This document shows positions 14,784 to 28,896 of a stretch of DNA of 64,000 nt, in pieces. Below the pieces are notes generated by a model. That model did no database searches. It saw only the letters and a program-made list of their open reading frames with translations, and had not been told where the DNA came from. The position numbers were made by a program, and so were the translations under genes. Each line of letters starts with the position of its first letter. Within the stretch, counting starts at the first letter, position 1. The stretch covers positions 1-64,000 of the forward strand of contig JAAOMT010000602.1 in NCBI GenBank assembly GCA_016748015.1, given 5' to 3'. This stretch comes from Geosiphon pyriformis uo1. Its lineage: Eukaryota; Fungi; Glomeromycota.

Positions 14784-15904
14784 TATTTTCCAGTTTCAAA
14801 TTTAAAAAAAGAAATATGGATTTAGAAAACTTGCAATTAAAGCTTTAAACAAAAATCATAGGCTTTTGGGCTTCGCACTTTTATCCATGGTTGTGGCTTT
14901 TTGTTTTTGGAACGTTGTTTTTTTAATTGAACATTAAAAATGAATTTTCGAACTATTTTAAACTTAGTAATGAAATCCCCCCCCCCCCCCAAAAATGACA
15001 AATTCCTGATTTGATGAGACGTATTGTTGATCTATCTTAAATCTCTGTCGAAGAGTTTTTTCAAGTTGCTATACATCACAATGAGTATGCAACCCAACTT
15101 TTTGAAGATAAATTTTTATTTACTTTCTCGTGAACTACAACAACAACAAAAATCATTTGATTCCCATAAAATTTGAAATGCTGAAACTAAAAGAATTTTT
15201 TGATCAAAGCCACAATAAACAAAAATTAATCTTCCTTTTGGAATTTTTTCTCAGCACAGCTTTTTTTTATCAGCGATCATCAGTTAAAACTGAAATTTTT
15301 TTTATCCAAATGTAAGTTCAAAAAATATTGATGAAAAAAAGTTGTTATTTTGAAATTGATAATGTTTTGATAATTTAAAATTTAACTATAAATTTTATAT
15401 TAATAAAATATAATCGATATTTTGATTAATAATATTATAAATATTTTATTTATAGTATTAATCAACATTTTATTATTATAAAGTAAATGGAGTATTTTGG
15501 TGAATGCGATGTATATTGCGGCGAAATTAACAATTTGTGATGGGTTGTTATAAAAATGTTATTTTATTCAAATGAGAAAATGGCATACTTTTCACGCCTC
15601 TTATTCTCCCACGAGAATTTATTTTTTTAACTTTCCCACAATTTCATTCGCCAAAATAACCTATATCTTTTTTAAAATTATAACTATTCTTATACTTATT
15701 AATTGATTTATCAAATGATTTTTGATTTATAATATCTTGTATAAATATCATAAGTGGCTGACTGATGTATCGGGTATTTCCCAATATTTATTTCAAGTAT
15801 AGAAGGTATTCTATATTGACGGGAGTTTATTCCGTGAGTTGTACCCTAAAAAAATTTGTTCAAACTTTATTTTCCAAAGCCATTACAAATTTTAACATAA
15901 TCTA

Positions 15905-16114
15905 CTGTAAGTTACTGACTTGTAGACCCCCCCCCCTCCTCATGATTTATACCCTTTAGTAATTTCTAGGTTTAAAATTTGATTTTTATGCCAATTATAT
16001 AAGGGCATAACTTTTTCAATACTATTTGGAGTACCTGAGTATAGATTAAATTTTGGACCTAAAAATTAATAAAGAGTCTAAAGTATAGGGGGTCTACAAG
16101 TCAGCAACTTACGG
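15905..16114. mobile_element. MITE (Tc1/mariner-pogo type) with long terminal inverted repeats
   Basis: Left end CTGTAAGTTACTGACTTGTAGACCCCC matches the reverse complement of the right end, CCGTAAGTTGCTGACTTGTAGACCCCC. Imperfect pairing continues inward. The flanks are TA (left) and CA (right), consistent with a mutated TA target-site duplication. Confidence 0.8.
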
Positions 16115-16619
16115 CAATCAATTTTATTAATAAAATTATTACTATTGTTGAAAGTAAATATTTTCATTGTAATTAATTTTTAATAAAAAAAATAAAGTTT
16201 TTAACTTAAGTTTTTCTTATTCAAAACTAATGTTTGTTATAAAATATATTTTACAAGTAAATTGAATAAAAATAACTGTTCAGGTTTTTTTTCAGTTCAT
16301 GATTTATTAAAAAAAAACAATTGAAATTTGCAGAAAATAATTTTTTTTTAATGTAACCAATACAATTCAATTTCGTTTTATTAATTTTATTTTCAGTAAT
16401 TTATTGAATACTTGATATGAATTGTGGTTTTGTTGTTATCTAATAAATTTATTATTGAAAATATCAATTAAGACTACAATGATTGAGAAAAATAACAAAA
16501 AATTTAAATTCCTTTTCTATTGGAAAATACTTTGTTCTATTAAACAAAAAATTTATACTTTCTGAAGTTGAAAATTAAAATTGAGGTATTCTGCTATCTT
16601 TCTAATATCTCGGAATAGT

Positions 16620-18038
16620 CGAAAGATTATATTAAAATGGAGAAATACCAAGAGAGGACAAAGTTTTGATTAGGGAGCCATTTACAACTATAAATTGCGC
16701 GAACTATTTATCCTCTTTGGTCAGAAACATCTAAATTTGATTCGGTTGGGCCATTGCTTGTCTATTTCATAAAAAAATTAATGTAAGCCCTTAATTTTTT
16801 ATGTCTTTACATCAAAAAAGTATTATTTTAATCACCTGGGGATGATCGATATTGTGACGACCATTTGATTATCTCATCACACGTACGTTCACAAAAAATG
16901 ACATCAACCAGCTGCAACATGGGATCACATTATCCTTTTGCAACCCACAACATTTTCGAAATTTAAGGTATTTCAAGTTATTACATCCGGCGATAAATGT
17001 CATTGATCTTCTTTCGGGGAATCTAACACCGAAAAAATCCAGATCTTCAAGCAATGATAGATGACGTGAAAGAGCTCTTATAATGCTGAAATGTATTGTG
17101 AATCGTCCATGAATAGCTAAACGTCTTATAGGTTTCAAATATTCGATAAACCTGAATAAAAAAACAAATGAATTGCAGCAGTACCATATTTCGGTGGGCG
17201 CTGGATAAGAGAAGACACGAATTGATTGTGGTTCCATTCCTGCCGCAGCACCTATTGTATATTTGATCACTAGATTGTGCTGAAGGCAAAAATAATTAAA
17301 ATAATTATATTTCAAGTTCGTGAAAATAAGAATCTAAATGATAAAAATTCTGTGACACTCACAACTTTTGTTAATATTCTTGCTAAATCAAGAAACCTAT
17401 TAACATTTACCCACTCATCGGGATTCACGAATTTCCAAGATTCGGCCGATCTCAACCACTGCTGAACCTTCGGTTTATTCACCAAATACTTATATAAAAC
17501 CCGTGGAGGGTTTCGTAAGCCGGTATCACGAAAACTCCCCAATATAGCTCCTTCTTTTTGCATCAGTTCTAAAACCGTTATAAAAACCATTTCATCACTA
17601 ACGTTACGAAGCGATGGTCGCTTGAAATGAAGATCATTATTGAGCAAAATAGCAATGTAAAATTGGTTACATTCCAAATGTCGGCCCATTTTGAATTTCC
17701 AAGCCGATTGATAACAAGGATGTGATGTCTTCTTTATTCATACATGCTATATACGTAGCAATTATCTGCGAATAAGCATCACGACGGTCCCAGTCAAAAG
17801 GGTTTCGCCAAAGTTAAGGAATTATCACTTGGCACCAATGACGATTCACCAGCACGAGGGTGTGAAAATCTTTGGGAGATGACGCGGAGAGGTCCACAAA
17901 AAAATCTTTATTGATATTCTGAGAATTATTTCGTTGAGTAGTGAAGCGGCTATCGTTTTTGAAGGTCCAATTTCCCAAGTATTTTGGGACGCGGCTGGGA
18001 AAGAAACGCGTTTTGCAAAAAGTTTGGGTCGATCCCAT
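16620..18038 (-). pseudogene. F-box / RNI-like LRR protein pseudogene
   Basis: DFHTLVLVNRHWCQVIIP*LWRNPF has an in-frame TAA at 17814-17816 and a frameshift near 17680. Downstream blocks (ELMQKEGAILGSF, LKPIRRLAIHGRF, CNNLKYLKFRKCCGL) align with the paralog at 19597-21209. Confidence 0.8.
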
Positions 18039-19596
18039 TGATGAGAGACCTGGTTGTGTTAGCGCAGCATGCTCATGCCTAAAAACACGTGTAACATAAG
18101 ATTAGCAATAAAAATGTGTCATATGTATTCAGATACTAAATCTAACCGATTTTTAGAAACACACTTTTGATGATAATAATGAGAGTACTAATTTTATAGT
18201 AAGCTACAATGCCTAAACCCATAATCTTAAAAACTTTAATCAATAATGCTAAAAAATCAAATTTACAAATAGCTAAAACAAAATAAGTAAAAAAATTTAT
18301 TGTCATTATTGAGATAACAAAAAAAAAACAATAATTAATAGTAAAAATTAATAAATAAAGCATTTGGACTACATTCAATAAAAATATAAAAAAATTAATA
18401 ATTGTTACTCAATTTAATATTGATTACTTAAGTTATTAATTAACAAATTAATTAAACTTTTAGTTGTAAAATAGTTGAAAAATATAATTGAATCAATATT
18501 TTCAATATTTAAATATACTTATATGTAAAAAAAATTATCAATTAAAATTTAATTAATCAAAATTAAACTAATATATAATATAAAAGTTAAAAATGCTAAA
18601 TAAAATAAAATAATATTGAACAGTTTTTATAATAAATAAAAATATGTAACAATTTTTATGTTTTATATTTCAGTTTAACTTTTTAAGCCAATAATAAAAA
18701 TGTTTATTATGTTTAAATAAAACTTTGTTAATAGTGCAAAACAACAAAAGAAGTATTGGCAGCTTTTCCTGTATTAAAGATCATTACAGCGATGTTAAGA
18801 ACTAAGGTGCTTTACAAATAAAAAAAAGAATAAATTAACTCTTAAGCATTCGTCTTTGTTTTTTGGAATTCTTAAAATCATGAATTTAGCAATTTTGAAT
18901 TCTCCAATTAACATAAGATTTGTTGCATTCGTATCTTGTTTTTGCTTGGATAATAAATATCGCTTGTTTTTTGTGCTCCTTTCCTTTTCTATAAACTTTC
19001 CGTTGCTTTTGGTTACTATAGTTATTAGCAACTTCAGCAATTTTTTCAATAACTTTGTTGTCATTCTCTGTGACTTTAGTGACTTTTTTAGATAAAATCG
19101 AAAATTTTTAACCTTGTTTTCAGTGATATTGTTAATGTTTTTTTTTAGCAATATTCAGCCCACTCTTTTTCCCACCCAAATTTCATCTGCTTTTCATAGA
19201 AAATTTTGACATTTTGGCAATATTACGTCTTTTTGTGACCAGACTCGGGGAAAAATCAAAATGAGAAAATAAATTTTGATCTCAAGAAAATTCTTTTTTA
19301 AAAATTTCGACCAAATCGAATCAACATGTGATTATTGGAATGTGGTTAACACATGTCTATTTATTTGATTGGTGTTTGATTATATCAAATACATTAAAAA
19401 ATTTTTCATAGGGTCGTTATAAAGAGAGTATCTTTGTATACCTAATTTTTTCGATAGTAGAAATTTTACGTTTGAATTGAAAGGAATTCTAAATTCAGGT
19501 AGTCAAGCTTCAACTGCGCATTTAAATCAGGTGATATTATCAACTTACAAAAATCCTGAACCACACCTTTCTTTCCCAAAAAAATATTCACTTCCG

Positions 19597-21209
19597 TTAT
19601 TCCAAAAACACTATTCTCGAATAGCTATCCACTGAAATCGATGAGCGAATCATATTTTTGTGGAAATGAGTCTTAAGTTTGTGATGAAAAGTAAATTAAG
19701 TAATAAAAAAATAAATTAAACAATCATCAAATGGTAAAACATATTTGTGAACTCACGGACATCCTTTCCTCCAAGTTTATCTTTGAATAGCCGGCCAAGT
19801 ATCTCCTACTAAGCAAGAATCTGACATTAATATTATCCCGATAAACCTCTCTCCAAGACTCACTTTTAGAAAAACTACCTCGATGATTTTGATAGTTTGC
19901 CGCCCACTTAATAAAATGTGGAGATGCCTCAGGACATTTATCGACAATGACCGATCGTAACAGAAGAAGCTCAGCTTTTACGAGAAATTTAATATGTTCT
20001 GAATTTGCCAAACCCTTACATCTTCTGAATACAATGTATTTCAAGTTGGAACACTGGCCGATTAAAATGAACAGTGCTTTTTTGAAAGTGATATCCGTGA
20101 AATGTATTACTTCCAGGCTTAATTTCTTTTGTGACAGGATTGTGGAAATCGAGCCCATTTTATGAAAGGGTCCGTAGATCGCAAAACGACGCAATTGAGT
20201 CATGGATTTTATACATGGAGAAAGTTTGTAAAGCTTAGTTCCATAGTAATGTAATTCACCAGCTCCCGTTGTGTCAGTTTTGGTAAAGATTCGAATTAGC
20301 CTTAGGTATATTTTCACTTTTCGCGTTGAAACCACTTCGGTTTCAAAAACTGTTTGATCATCGATAACATGTATGATATCTGTATCGATCATTGTGTAAT
20401 CTTCATCGTCTTCATCCTGTTCATAATCCAAATCTGGGGCATCTTCAAAGTCACCATCTTCTTTAGCTCTTGCGGAAATAGCTACCAGGCTTTCCTGAAA
20501 GAATTTTAAACAAAGTTTATTTATGAAATACTAAAACATGTGCAAAAATAATAAAGGGAAATGGAAATGTTACAATTTCCGGTACAGATGGCTGGAATTG
20601 AGCAAATATCCTGAGTAAAAATTCTGGATTTCTATCAACAAATTCAAAAGTTTTGACGGACTGCAACCATCGATACATATCTTGTGAATCCGACATAAGC
20701 TGCCAAATCCGCGGTTTTGGTATGCCCAATTCAGTCTCTTTGAAACTTTCCAGCACTGCTCCATGGTTAAACATTATTCGAAACAATGTCTTGAGTAAAA
20801 ACTGAACATTATCCGTGATTTTATAAAATCTTGCTACAAAAAATTTAGTTGCCAAGAATAACTCAGTATAATTGAGGTCACAGATGAAATGTGGATAATC
20901 GTATATTGGTTTCGTCTTTATTCTGAGAGATTTTATGTAGCCTACTTGATTCATTTCTCGTAATTCTTGATCTGTTGCACAAGCGAGATATAGGCTGATA
21001 GTGAGATTGATTTTTTTTCGACGATTTTGGTGAAATGGTCGTTTCCAGAGTAATGGAACGATGCTATCACACCAGTTTCGGTTTATTAGAGCGTATTGGT
21101 AGAGTTCTCTTGGTGGTTGTATTGAGTGAATATTGGAAAAAATTTCCGGGGAGATGGTATTTAGTATTTTGTGGATTAGGTCTTTTGGTAGCGTAGAAGC
21201 TAAAGACAT
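19597..21209 (-). CDS. F-box / RNI-like LRR protein
   Basis: Exons 21209-20574, 20494-19757 and probably 19671-19597 join in frame via GT-AG introns. Motifs LPKDLIHKIL, LINRNWCDSIVPLLWKRPF, PIYDYPHFICDL and CSNLKYIVFRRCKGL are typical of the expanded Glomeromycotina F-box family. Confidence 0.85.
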
Positions 21210-21399
21210 TTTACCCAAAACGAATGGTTTTGATAATGAATGTATGCGATTGATTTATCAAATGGGACTCAGCAGCATCTTTATGGATGATCTTAATCAT
21301 GTGATTTTCTTTTTGTTAGCCCTGGTCAAAGAATTTTTACTAGAAGTTGATAAAATTTTTTCGACAATCGTAAAAAACTAAGTGCTTAAATTAAACATT

Positions 21400-22300
21400 T
21401 ATTTAAATTAACATTTTTATAACACTATGAAAGAACAACTTAATATTAAATTTTTTAGTTTTTTAAAATATCTTGTTTTATTTAACTTATAAACATTAAT
21501 AATTCTCAAGAGCTTTAGAATCATCTGGTTTCAAAAAACACTATAATATTAAAAAAATTAAAAAATATGAAGAAACAAATGATGTTTCTTTAAGTTATTT
21601 TTATAGTTTTGCCAACAATTTTAAAATAATTTATTAAAAAAAAATTTGTTATTGGTATAAAAAATTAATGAAACTACTTTATCTATACATTATTATTCAA
21701 ATAATAATGCATAAATCAAATTAAGTTTTTTTATATTGGTTAAAAAAATTTAACATCAAATCCAAAATTCCAAAATAATAATATATTTCATACATTGAGA
21801 AAAGTTGATTTTTTTACTAATATATACATACATATATTAATTTTTTTAATATAAAATACTAATATAAAAATTGTTTACAATGAAGAGATTCAATGTTTAT
21901 AATAAAACTATAACAGATAAAATACTTATAATTCTTTTAAAATTATAAATAAAATTACTTTACTGCACAGGTATAAAATTCTGTTAAGTGTAGTTCAATT
22001 TGTAAAGCTTAGATAAAAATATAATTTTGTTTTTTTCTATATTTATTATTTGATAATGATATTATTAATAATTAATATCCAAATAATTAATCTTTATCTG
22101 CTAAAGAATAGATTGAAATTGATTACATCATGCTAATTGAAGTCATATTATCTGGTAAAGAAATTATCAAAGTTGTTAATGATGTGGAAGATTCTAAAGA
22201 AATTAAAAAATTAAATATGGTAAAAGACTATGTGATTATTAATCTTGGCCATAATTGAGTTGAAAAAAGAGATAAATGAAGTAGTTTCATTTTTTGATTC
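21400..22300 (+). mobile_element. pogo/Tigger (CENP-B-like, DDE_1) transposase relic
   Basis: Degenerate motifs in the expected order: FKKHYNIKKIKKYEETNDV (cf. FKKRHNI...GEA), YYSNNNA*IK (cf. NxxAWM), KVDFFTNIYIHIL (cf. FLPPNTT) and LSAKE*IEID...ILSGKEII. Confidence 0.6.
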
Positions 22301-22796
22301 AATATTATTTTAATTTATTTTCTTTTAAATAAATTTTTTGCGAATAAAAATTAAGTTATAATATACATATAACAACAATTGTATCACAATTTTTATAAAT
22401 TACAAAAATGCTCTTTTAAAATATTGCCATTGTAGACTCATGGTTGATTTTTCTCGAGTTTTTGATTTTTTTAAAAACGCCAATCGGTAACAACGACAAA
22501 ATCACACTGATTATCACGTGCCTTAAAATGCTGTAAACCGAAGAAGAGTTAATCCGTTATCTTTTTTATTTAGATTCAAATTCCAAGTTTTAAGATTGAA
22601 TATCTGCTCATAGGGTAAAGCTTGATAAATTTTCCTTTTTTAATCAAATATTTCTATAATATTTTAAGTATCACTCTCAATCCAATTTCAGGATCCGATC
22701 TTGGAGGAATATATACTTTAGCGTTAAATAGTACCCATTAATGTCGAATCTTGGACAAGTTTTTTGATAAAAACTATTTGAGGCATTCATTTTAAA

Positions 22797-24220
22797 ATGA
22801 TATTCAAAAAATACTGGAGATTCTTCCGATGTTGGTTCCTTTCAATAGCAGTCTTAAAATCTGTATTTATTTTTTTCAAATTGAAAGAACACTTTCAAAG
22901 ACGCCTTCAAATGGAAACCTTAAAGGATTTGGGAAAGGTTACAGATTCTAAGGAATTTGGAAACATTTCCGGGATTCTGTTTGACTATATGTATTCCACG
23001 ACTGACAAAAATATTCAACATAGAAAAAAACATTTGAAGCAGTCTCAAATTTCGAAACGAAATTTTCAATCGTCGCTTCATGAAGTCAAGGACATGAATC
23101 TCTTGCAAAAAATGCGACTTTTGGCAAAAATTGCCGATTTAGGGTACTGTCGTTACCCAAGGGATTTAAAGATTGAGGGTAAAAACGCTTCAAAATATTT
23201 CCTTTAATTTCTAATAATTAATTAGTGCAACTTTTATTGACTTTGTATTTTTTTCAGCTAATGTTGTTCATATAGGTGGCTTCATTACTGTATATTTTGC
23301 AGGCCAAAAATTTTCGCGAAGTGAATGGCAACAAAGAAAGAGCTTATCACCTAGATCACATAAAGGATTGATACCCAAAGGATGGGTGGATTCAGAATGG
23401 AGTAGAGAAGTAGATTTAAAGATGCCATTTCTTTTGGGCAAAATTTCGCGTATAATGCAGAAAAATATTAAGCCTTTAAAAGTACAAAATAAGATTTATT
23501 TTGTGGGTCATGGCATTGGCGGTGGTATGTTGAAGTTTTACATTCTGAATTTATTGTGGTCAATTTTTAAAATTTTCTTGCATTTTTTCGAAATAAAAGT
23601 ATACGCGACTTTAGCAGCACTTTTATTTTCAATCGAACCCAAATATAGGGTCTACTTTGAAAGTTGGTCTCCTAAATTATTTGATGTTGAAGTTTTTACA
23701 TATGGGCAACCACGTTTTGCTACCAAACCAATGCAAGATTTGATCGATTTATGGTTAAATGGACGTATATATCGTATTACGCATACTAATGATTTTGTAC
23801 CGAGACTTTTTCTCCCGCCTGGACAATATCATCATCTTAGTAAAGAGTATTGGATCACTCTCGCTAATTGCGACTGCGCGTCAAATCGAAATATGAAGCC
23901 CCAATACAAAGTTTACCAGTGTTCTATAACTAATTTTGAAGATCCGGTATGCAAAAATTGAGTGGCATTTATTTCAATAGTGATTTTAATATCTAATCCA
24001 ACTTAAATTACAGGAATGCAATGTAGGAACTAGTGAAAATCAATCAAATATCGCGATGCAAACAATTAGGGGACCCTATTTTGGAATAAACTTTGGTCAA
24101 TGTAAATATGCTGAAATTATGTTTCCAAAGTTGCTATGGGATCGATTCTACCAAGATCAAATTGTGCAAGAACAGCTTGAAAAGCTTCTGTTTAATCTCC
24201 TGTCTGAGGAATTACCATGA
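22797..24220 (+). CDS. Class-3 lipase-fold protein lacking the catalytic Ser (and apparently His)
   Basis: Exons 22797-23178, 23258-23524, 23600-23946 and 24014-24220 join in frame. Motifs are FVGHGIGG, VFTYGQPR, RITHTNDFVPRL, YHHLSKEYWI and TIRGPYFG, after a hydrophobic N-terminus. Confidence 0.88.
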
Positions 24221-25859
24221 TATTTTATTCTTTTCTTAATATAAATGTTAAGCATTGCAAAAAATGGGTAGGTTAAATTGTGTAAAGATTTAGCATAAAA
24301 TAGGCTTAATTTAAAAGGTTGATTATAATAGAAAAAAACTCAATAATACCGATAAAAGCTTTTTTAATTTGAAAAAGAAAATCTCTACTTCCCCTAGCCT
24401 GAAGAAGCCTTGGAAAAATTTAGAATTATGAATATCTTACATTGTTGTCGTATCAGTTTAGAATTATTGGGCAGATAATATTGGTTTTTTGGCCAAATAT
24501 ATGTGTCAATAATTCACGATAAGATTATATTTCTTTTGGAATTGTTGGGATAGATAACCAATAAATCCGAAACTTGGAGTAGATGTCGACCTCAAACTAA
24601 ATTTGAGAATCGAGATTGGGCCCCCTTGTTTCATAAAGTTTGGAGATAAAATATCTAAAATTAGTTGCAAATTTTCCTAAAAAAAACCCCAATTCCCAAT
24701 TTCGAAAAACTTTATTTTGACCCAGACTTATTAAAGGAATTAAAATTGCATTTTTAACATTTTTTGTTCAGAATATGACTTATTCCCGTTTTAAAACAAA
24801 TCTTATTATATGCAAGATAACTCTTAAAAGAAAGTATAATAAAAAATTTTCATTAAATATATCTGGAAAGTAATTTTAATTTGCTACTTAATGTCAAGTA
24901 AAGACAGTGAAAATTCAACACCAATCAATTAAAAAATTGTAATGGTGGATATTTTTTATACTTTTAAAACAATTCTGTTATGAGAAGAGAAGTTAAAAAA
25001 ATTAATAATCAAACACCCTTATAATTTTATTTCATTTCCGATATAAATGATCTGGTTTGGAACTTGGTAAAATGTATAATTATTCATGAATACAATAGAA
25101 ATTTTGTGATCTAAAAAAGCATATGTGCAATCTTTTTTGGCCAAATAAAAATATTTAAGCTAAATAAATTCAATGTAGCCTTGTAAACATATGAAATTTT
25201 TATTTTAAACCAAAATGACTGAATAAAATGTTATTTTTAAAGTAGAGCATAATTCTAATAGTCAAAAAGAAACGTGTATTATATATTATTTTGGGATTTT
25301 GATTATATTGAAAATTTTCAACTTCAATTTTCTTATGTGTTTAAATTAATTTATGATTGAATGGTTTAATTTGAAAGAGTTTTTAGACAGAACAAGACAA
25401 GACATGACATGACTATACATTATATTTTACCATGTCTCCTTTTGCTTCTTTTCATATTTTCTTTGACGATAACAATCCCATTTAAATCAAAAATTCTTTT
25501 TTGATGTTATTATTTCTTTAATAATTAGAAAAACAGTATTTTGAATAAAAATTTTAACCTCTTGAAGCTTTAACTCTTTCTTTGAATGATAAAATTTACA
25601 ACCCATTTTATTTTATTATTATTGTTAGCATATACACATTTTTTTATTTAGATAATGTCAAAACTCAACTTCACTGAAAATTGATTAAGCAAAAGTTTAT
25701 ATTATTTGTTCATTTTATTTATTTATTCACATTATTATACAATGCCATAAAAATTCAAAAAATTTCAATACTTTTCTGAATTATTTTTATTTATGCAATA
25801 AATAAAAAATTATATCCAATTAATACTTTGTTAATCCTCTATATGACATTAATATTGCT

Positions 25860-26380
25860 TCAATTCTCATTGCATTGTGGCAATAACCTTTTCGAGAACA
25901 GAGCAATGGAATTTCTCACATTCATCCTTTATATTTGACCACAGACTTTGGAAAGACTTTATGTTTTTGGATATTGTTCTTCAACGACTTCAAGGTGCGG
26001 CTAGTTGATGGTCATAATTTTATTTTTCGATTTTTCCCAAATTATGGATCGCGCACGCGTAAAAAATTAGTTTTCAAGATTTCAAGATGAGTATTTGCAT
26101 TTGTTTTCACCATTTTTTTTATTCATCACAAAATACAAAGACTTTCAATCCCAATCCATTACGGCGTTGGCTTTACATATGAGGAAATCTTTTTCATGCT
26201 TTTTAAGAACTAAAACGTAGTAAATTTTCACGTTTTTGTACTTGACAATAAAGGGGGCAGATTGTTCTGGGGTCACATCACGTCTAGACATTTTTGCAAG
26301 GTGAGCGGCATTTATGATTTCGTGTATGTCAGAATCAATTTCGTTTAGCTCTGTATGAGTGAACGTAATTTTTCTACATA
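25860..26380 (-). pseudogene. Coding-like relic of unknown family
   Basis: GC-richer island reading RKITFTHTELNEIDSDIHEIINAAHLAKM...KIYYVLVLKKHEKDFLICKANAVMDWD*KSLYF, with later stops and frameshifts. Confidence 0.3.
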
Positions 26381-26755
26381 ACGATATTATGATGTTATTC
26401 TTGCAAAGAATTTATATAAATTTTTCGAATTCAATTAGTATCTTTAAATTTGAAAAATAAAATTTACAATTATTAGCACATTTTTAATAACTAAATTTCT
26501 GTGTATTTTAGAAATGGTTTAATGACACATTATTCAAAAGAAAAGTGAAGTTTTAAAAGAAGACTCTGAAGAACTTTATCAGAATAATAAAAAAATTCAA
26601 TCGAAATCAAAAACTAATAGATAAGAGGCCGCTCTAAATTTCTTGGTTTCTTTTAATATTTAAAAAATAATAAAGATGCTCAACCATTATTTGATCGTAT
26701 CGAATTATTTCTATCTAATAACATCATTAAATTTAGTTAACATATTATCAAAAGT

Positions 26756-27181
26756 TTATTCTCCAGCGTTCGGAAACTCTGGGTCGGATAGAGGAAAATC
26801 GTCTGGAATTCCAACAGGCAATTCTAAATCGCCTAAAGCGTCATATTCTTTCATAGTATATGGAGAGTTTAGAGTTTTTGATTTGCCAATCGAACTGCCT
26901 CCAACTTGAAATATTAATTTGCCCAAACTTATGGGAGAATGACTGAGTTTTTTTGTGAGAAATTGGATATGCTCGTCATTATTCTTAAATTTTAATCAAA
27001 AATATTTTTGTTATCGTTCATTTTTATTTCCTATTGCTTTGAAATTTTGATTGAAACTAACCTTTGGAAAAAAACTTTCAAGATTTGCCCCAGATATCGG
27101 GGCACATGTCACAAAGCCAAACATATTCATCATGTATAGAACAAAAAAAAGCTCCAAAACTATCAGCGTTTTCATTGACAT
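26756..27181 (-). CDS. Small secreted protein (115 aa, 2 exons)
   Basis: Exon 27181-27062 (MSMKTLIVLELFFVLYMMNMFGFVTCAPIS..., signal-peptide-like, VTC|AP) joins in frame via a GTTAGT...AG intron to exon 26983-26756 (...DALGDLELPVGIPDDFPLSDPEFPNAGE*). Confidence 0.7.
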
Positions 27182-28896
27182 TATGAATATTTCAATCAAG
27201 ATTGAAAGAACCTCACACTGTATTATGTTAAATATTAAAACTTTTGTAACTTGAAAGATGAAATATTCGTGAAGAACACTAATTCTCTGGAGAGTTCTAG
27301 GTAATTCAGAGATGATAATCAAACCTCTTTTGAGATTAAATGTTTTTCAGAACCTTCTACCGAACTTTGTTTGTCTATTTCACTACTTTTTTAGTCATTT
27401 GTTTTCAAGTGAGCAAATATTAAAAATGCTATAATAGAACAAGTAGGTTCTTAAAAGTAAATGATATTCACGAATTTACTTTATTTAGAAAAGAATGCAG
27501 TTTGAAAAGGAAAAGGCTGCTAAAACTATCAAGATTTCATCAAGGGCTATGAAATTTAAAAATTGACATTGAAATTTTAATGTGGATGATTCTTCAACGA
27601 GAAACTTTTTTTGTGGGGATAAATACTCTTGGAAAGTAGATAAATAAAGAGCTCAAATTTCTAAAAAACCACGCCATGTTTATATATAAATAAAAACCTG
27701 GCATTTGGATCCAATTTTAATGTCGGGGGTTTTTTTGTGAATTTATTAATTTGGAAATTTTTTTAATAGATTTGGGATTTTCTTTTATTAATTAGAAATT
27801 AACCTCCTTTAAAGGCTTTAAAGAGTAATCAAAATAGTTCGTGCGAATTATTATAGAAACTTGTTATTCTTCTTTTATTAAACGGGTGTTTCATATTTAC
27901 CAGTATAAAGTCATCAATAAACCTCAAATTTCATGTTTTTCGTCCTTTCGAATATCACATCATTGATCAAATAGTCTTTCTATATGTGATTTTCTCTCTA
28001 GAAATCTAAAGCTCTTTGCCATAATTCCTAAATCCTTTCGGAATAAAAAATATATTTAAGGATAAGATCATTGATATGGGTGACACGATAGATTCTTCGA
28101 TAGAATATCTTTTAAAGTCTGGCAATTGACCAAAGCATAAACTTTCATTAGATGATCTTTGAATGGCAGAGCAGCTAAAACGGGATAAGTTGTTTTGATA
28201 TTTCGAAATTTCAGTCAAACAGAGCCTCATAAACAGATAAATAAAAATTTATGGACAGAGTTTCTCAAATTTGACTATTACATTATAGGTATAAGGGTAT
28301 ACAATTAAACGTTTTGATTGAGCTTACAGAATTATTTGATTATTTAATTATTTTAAAAGGACCTAATATACCTGGACTAAATATACTAATAACTTCCTAA
28401 GCCTTATCAACTTCATTATTTGAACTTCAATAAACCAAATTGACATATCAAGCCATTTTAGGATCAATGATGATTAGAAATGGTGGATCCGTTAGCATTT
28501 TCTGCCATAAAAGAATTTCTCACGACAATACTGTGCTATATTTATCAATAAATTCATAATGCACTTCCCTTTTAAAACTTTAATATTCGAATAAAGAAAA
28601 CGAACAAAATCTTTATTGGGAAAAACTACGAAAAAATTAGTGCAAGAAAGTTTTTAGCAGTAATCAAATTCTAGTTTTAAACTTTATATAAGGTTTAAAA
28701 AAATAAATCCTTTCAAAAATTGGAATTATTATTAAAGTGTTTTTGAAGAAAATGTTTCCAAGTCAATATTTTTTAAAATAATTATGATAAATGAATAAAT
28801 GTAAAGTGAAATTGATAAATGAATAAATGTAAATAAAATAAATAAATTTAACAATATTAATGATTGGAAAAATATTTAATAATTGCATTAGCAAAA

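Noticed and set aside
14977-14990. C14 homopolymer upstream of the DUF4097-like gene
   Set aside because: It could form a G-quadruplex, but a lone homopolymer is not evidence of function.
18720-19250. Coding-like minus-strand relic
   Set aside because: Frameshifted and Lys-rich with no recognisable family; probably a TE or pseudogene remnant.
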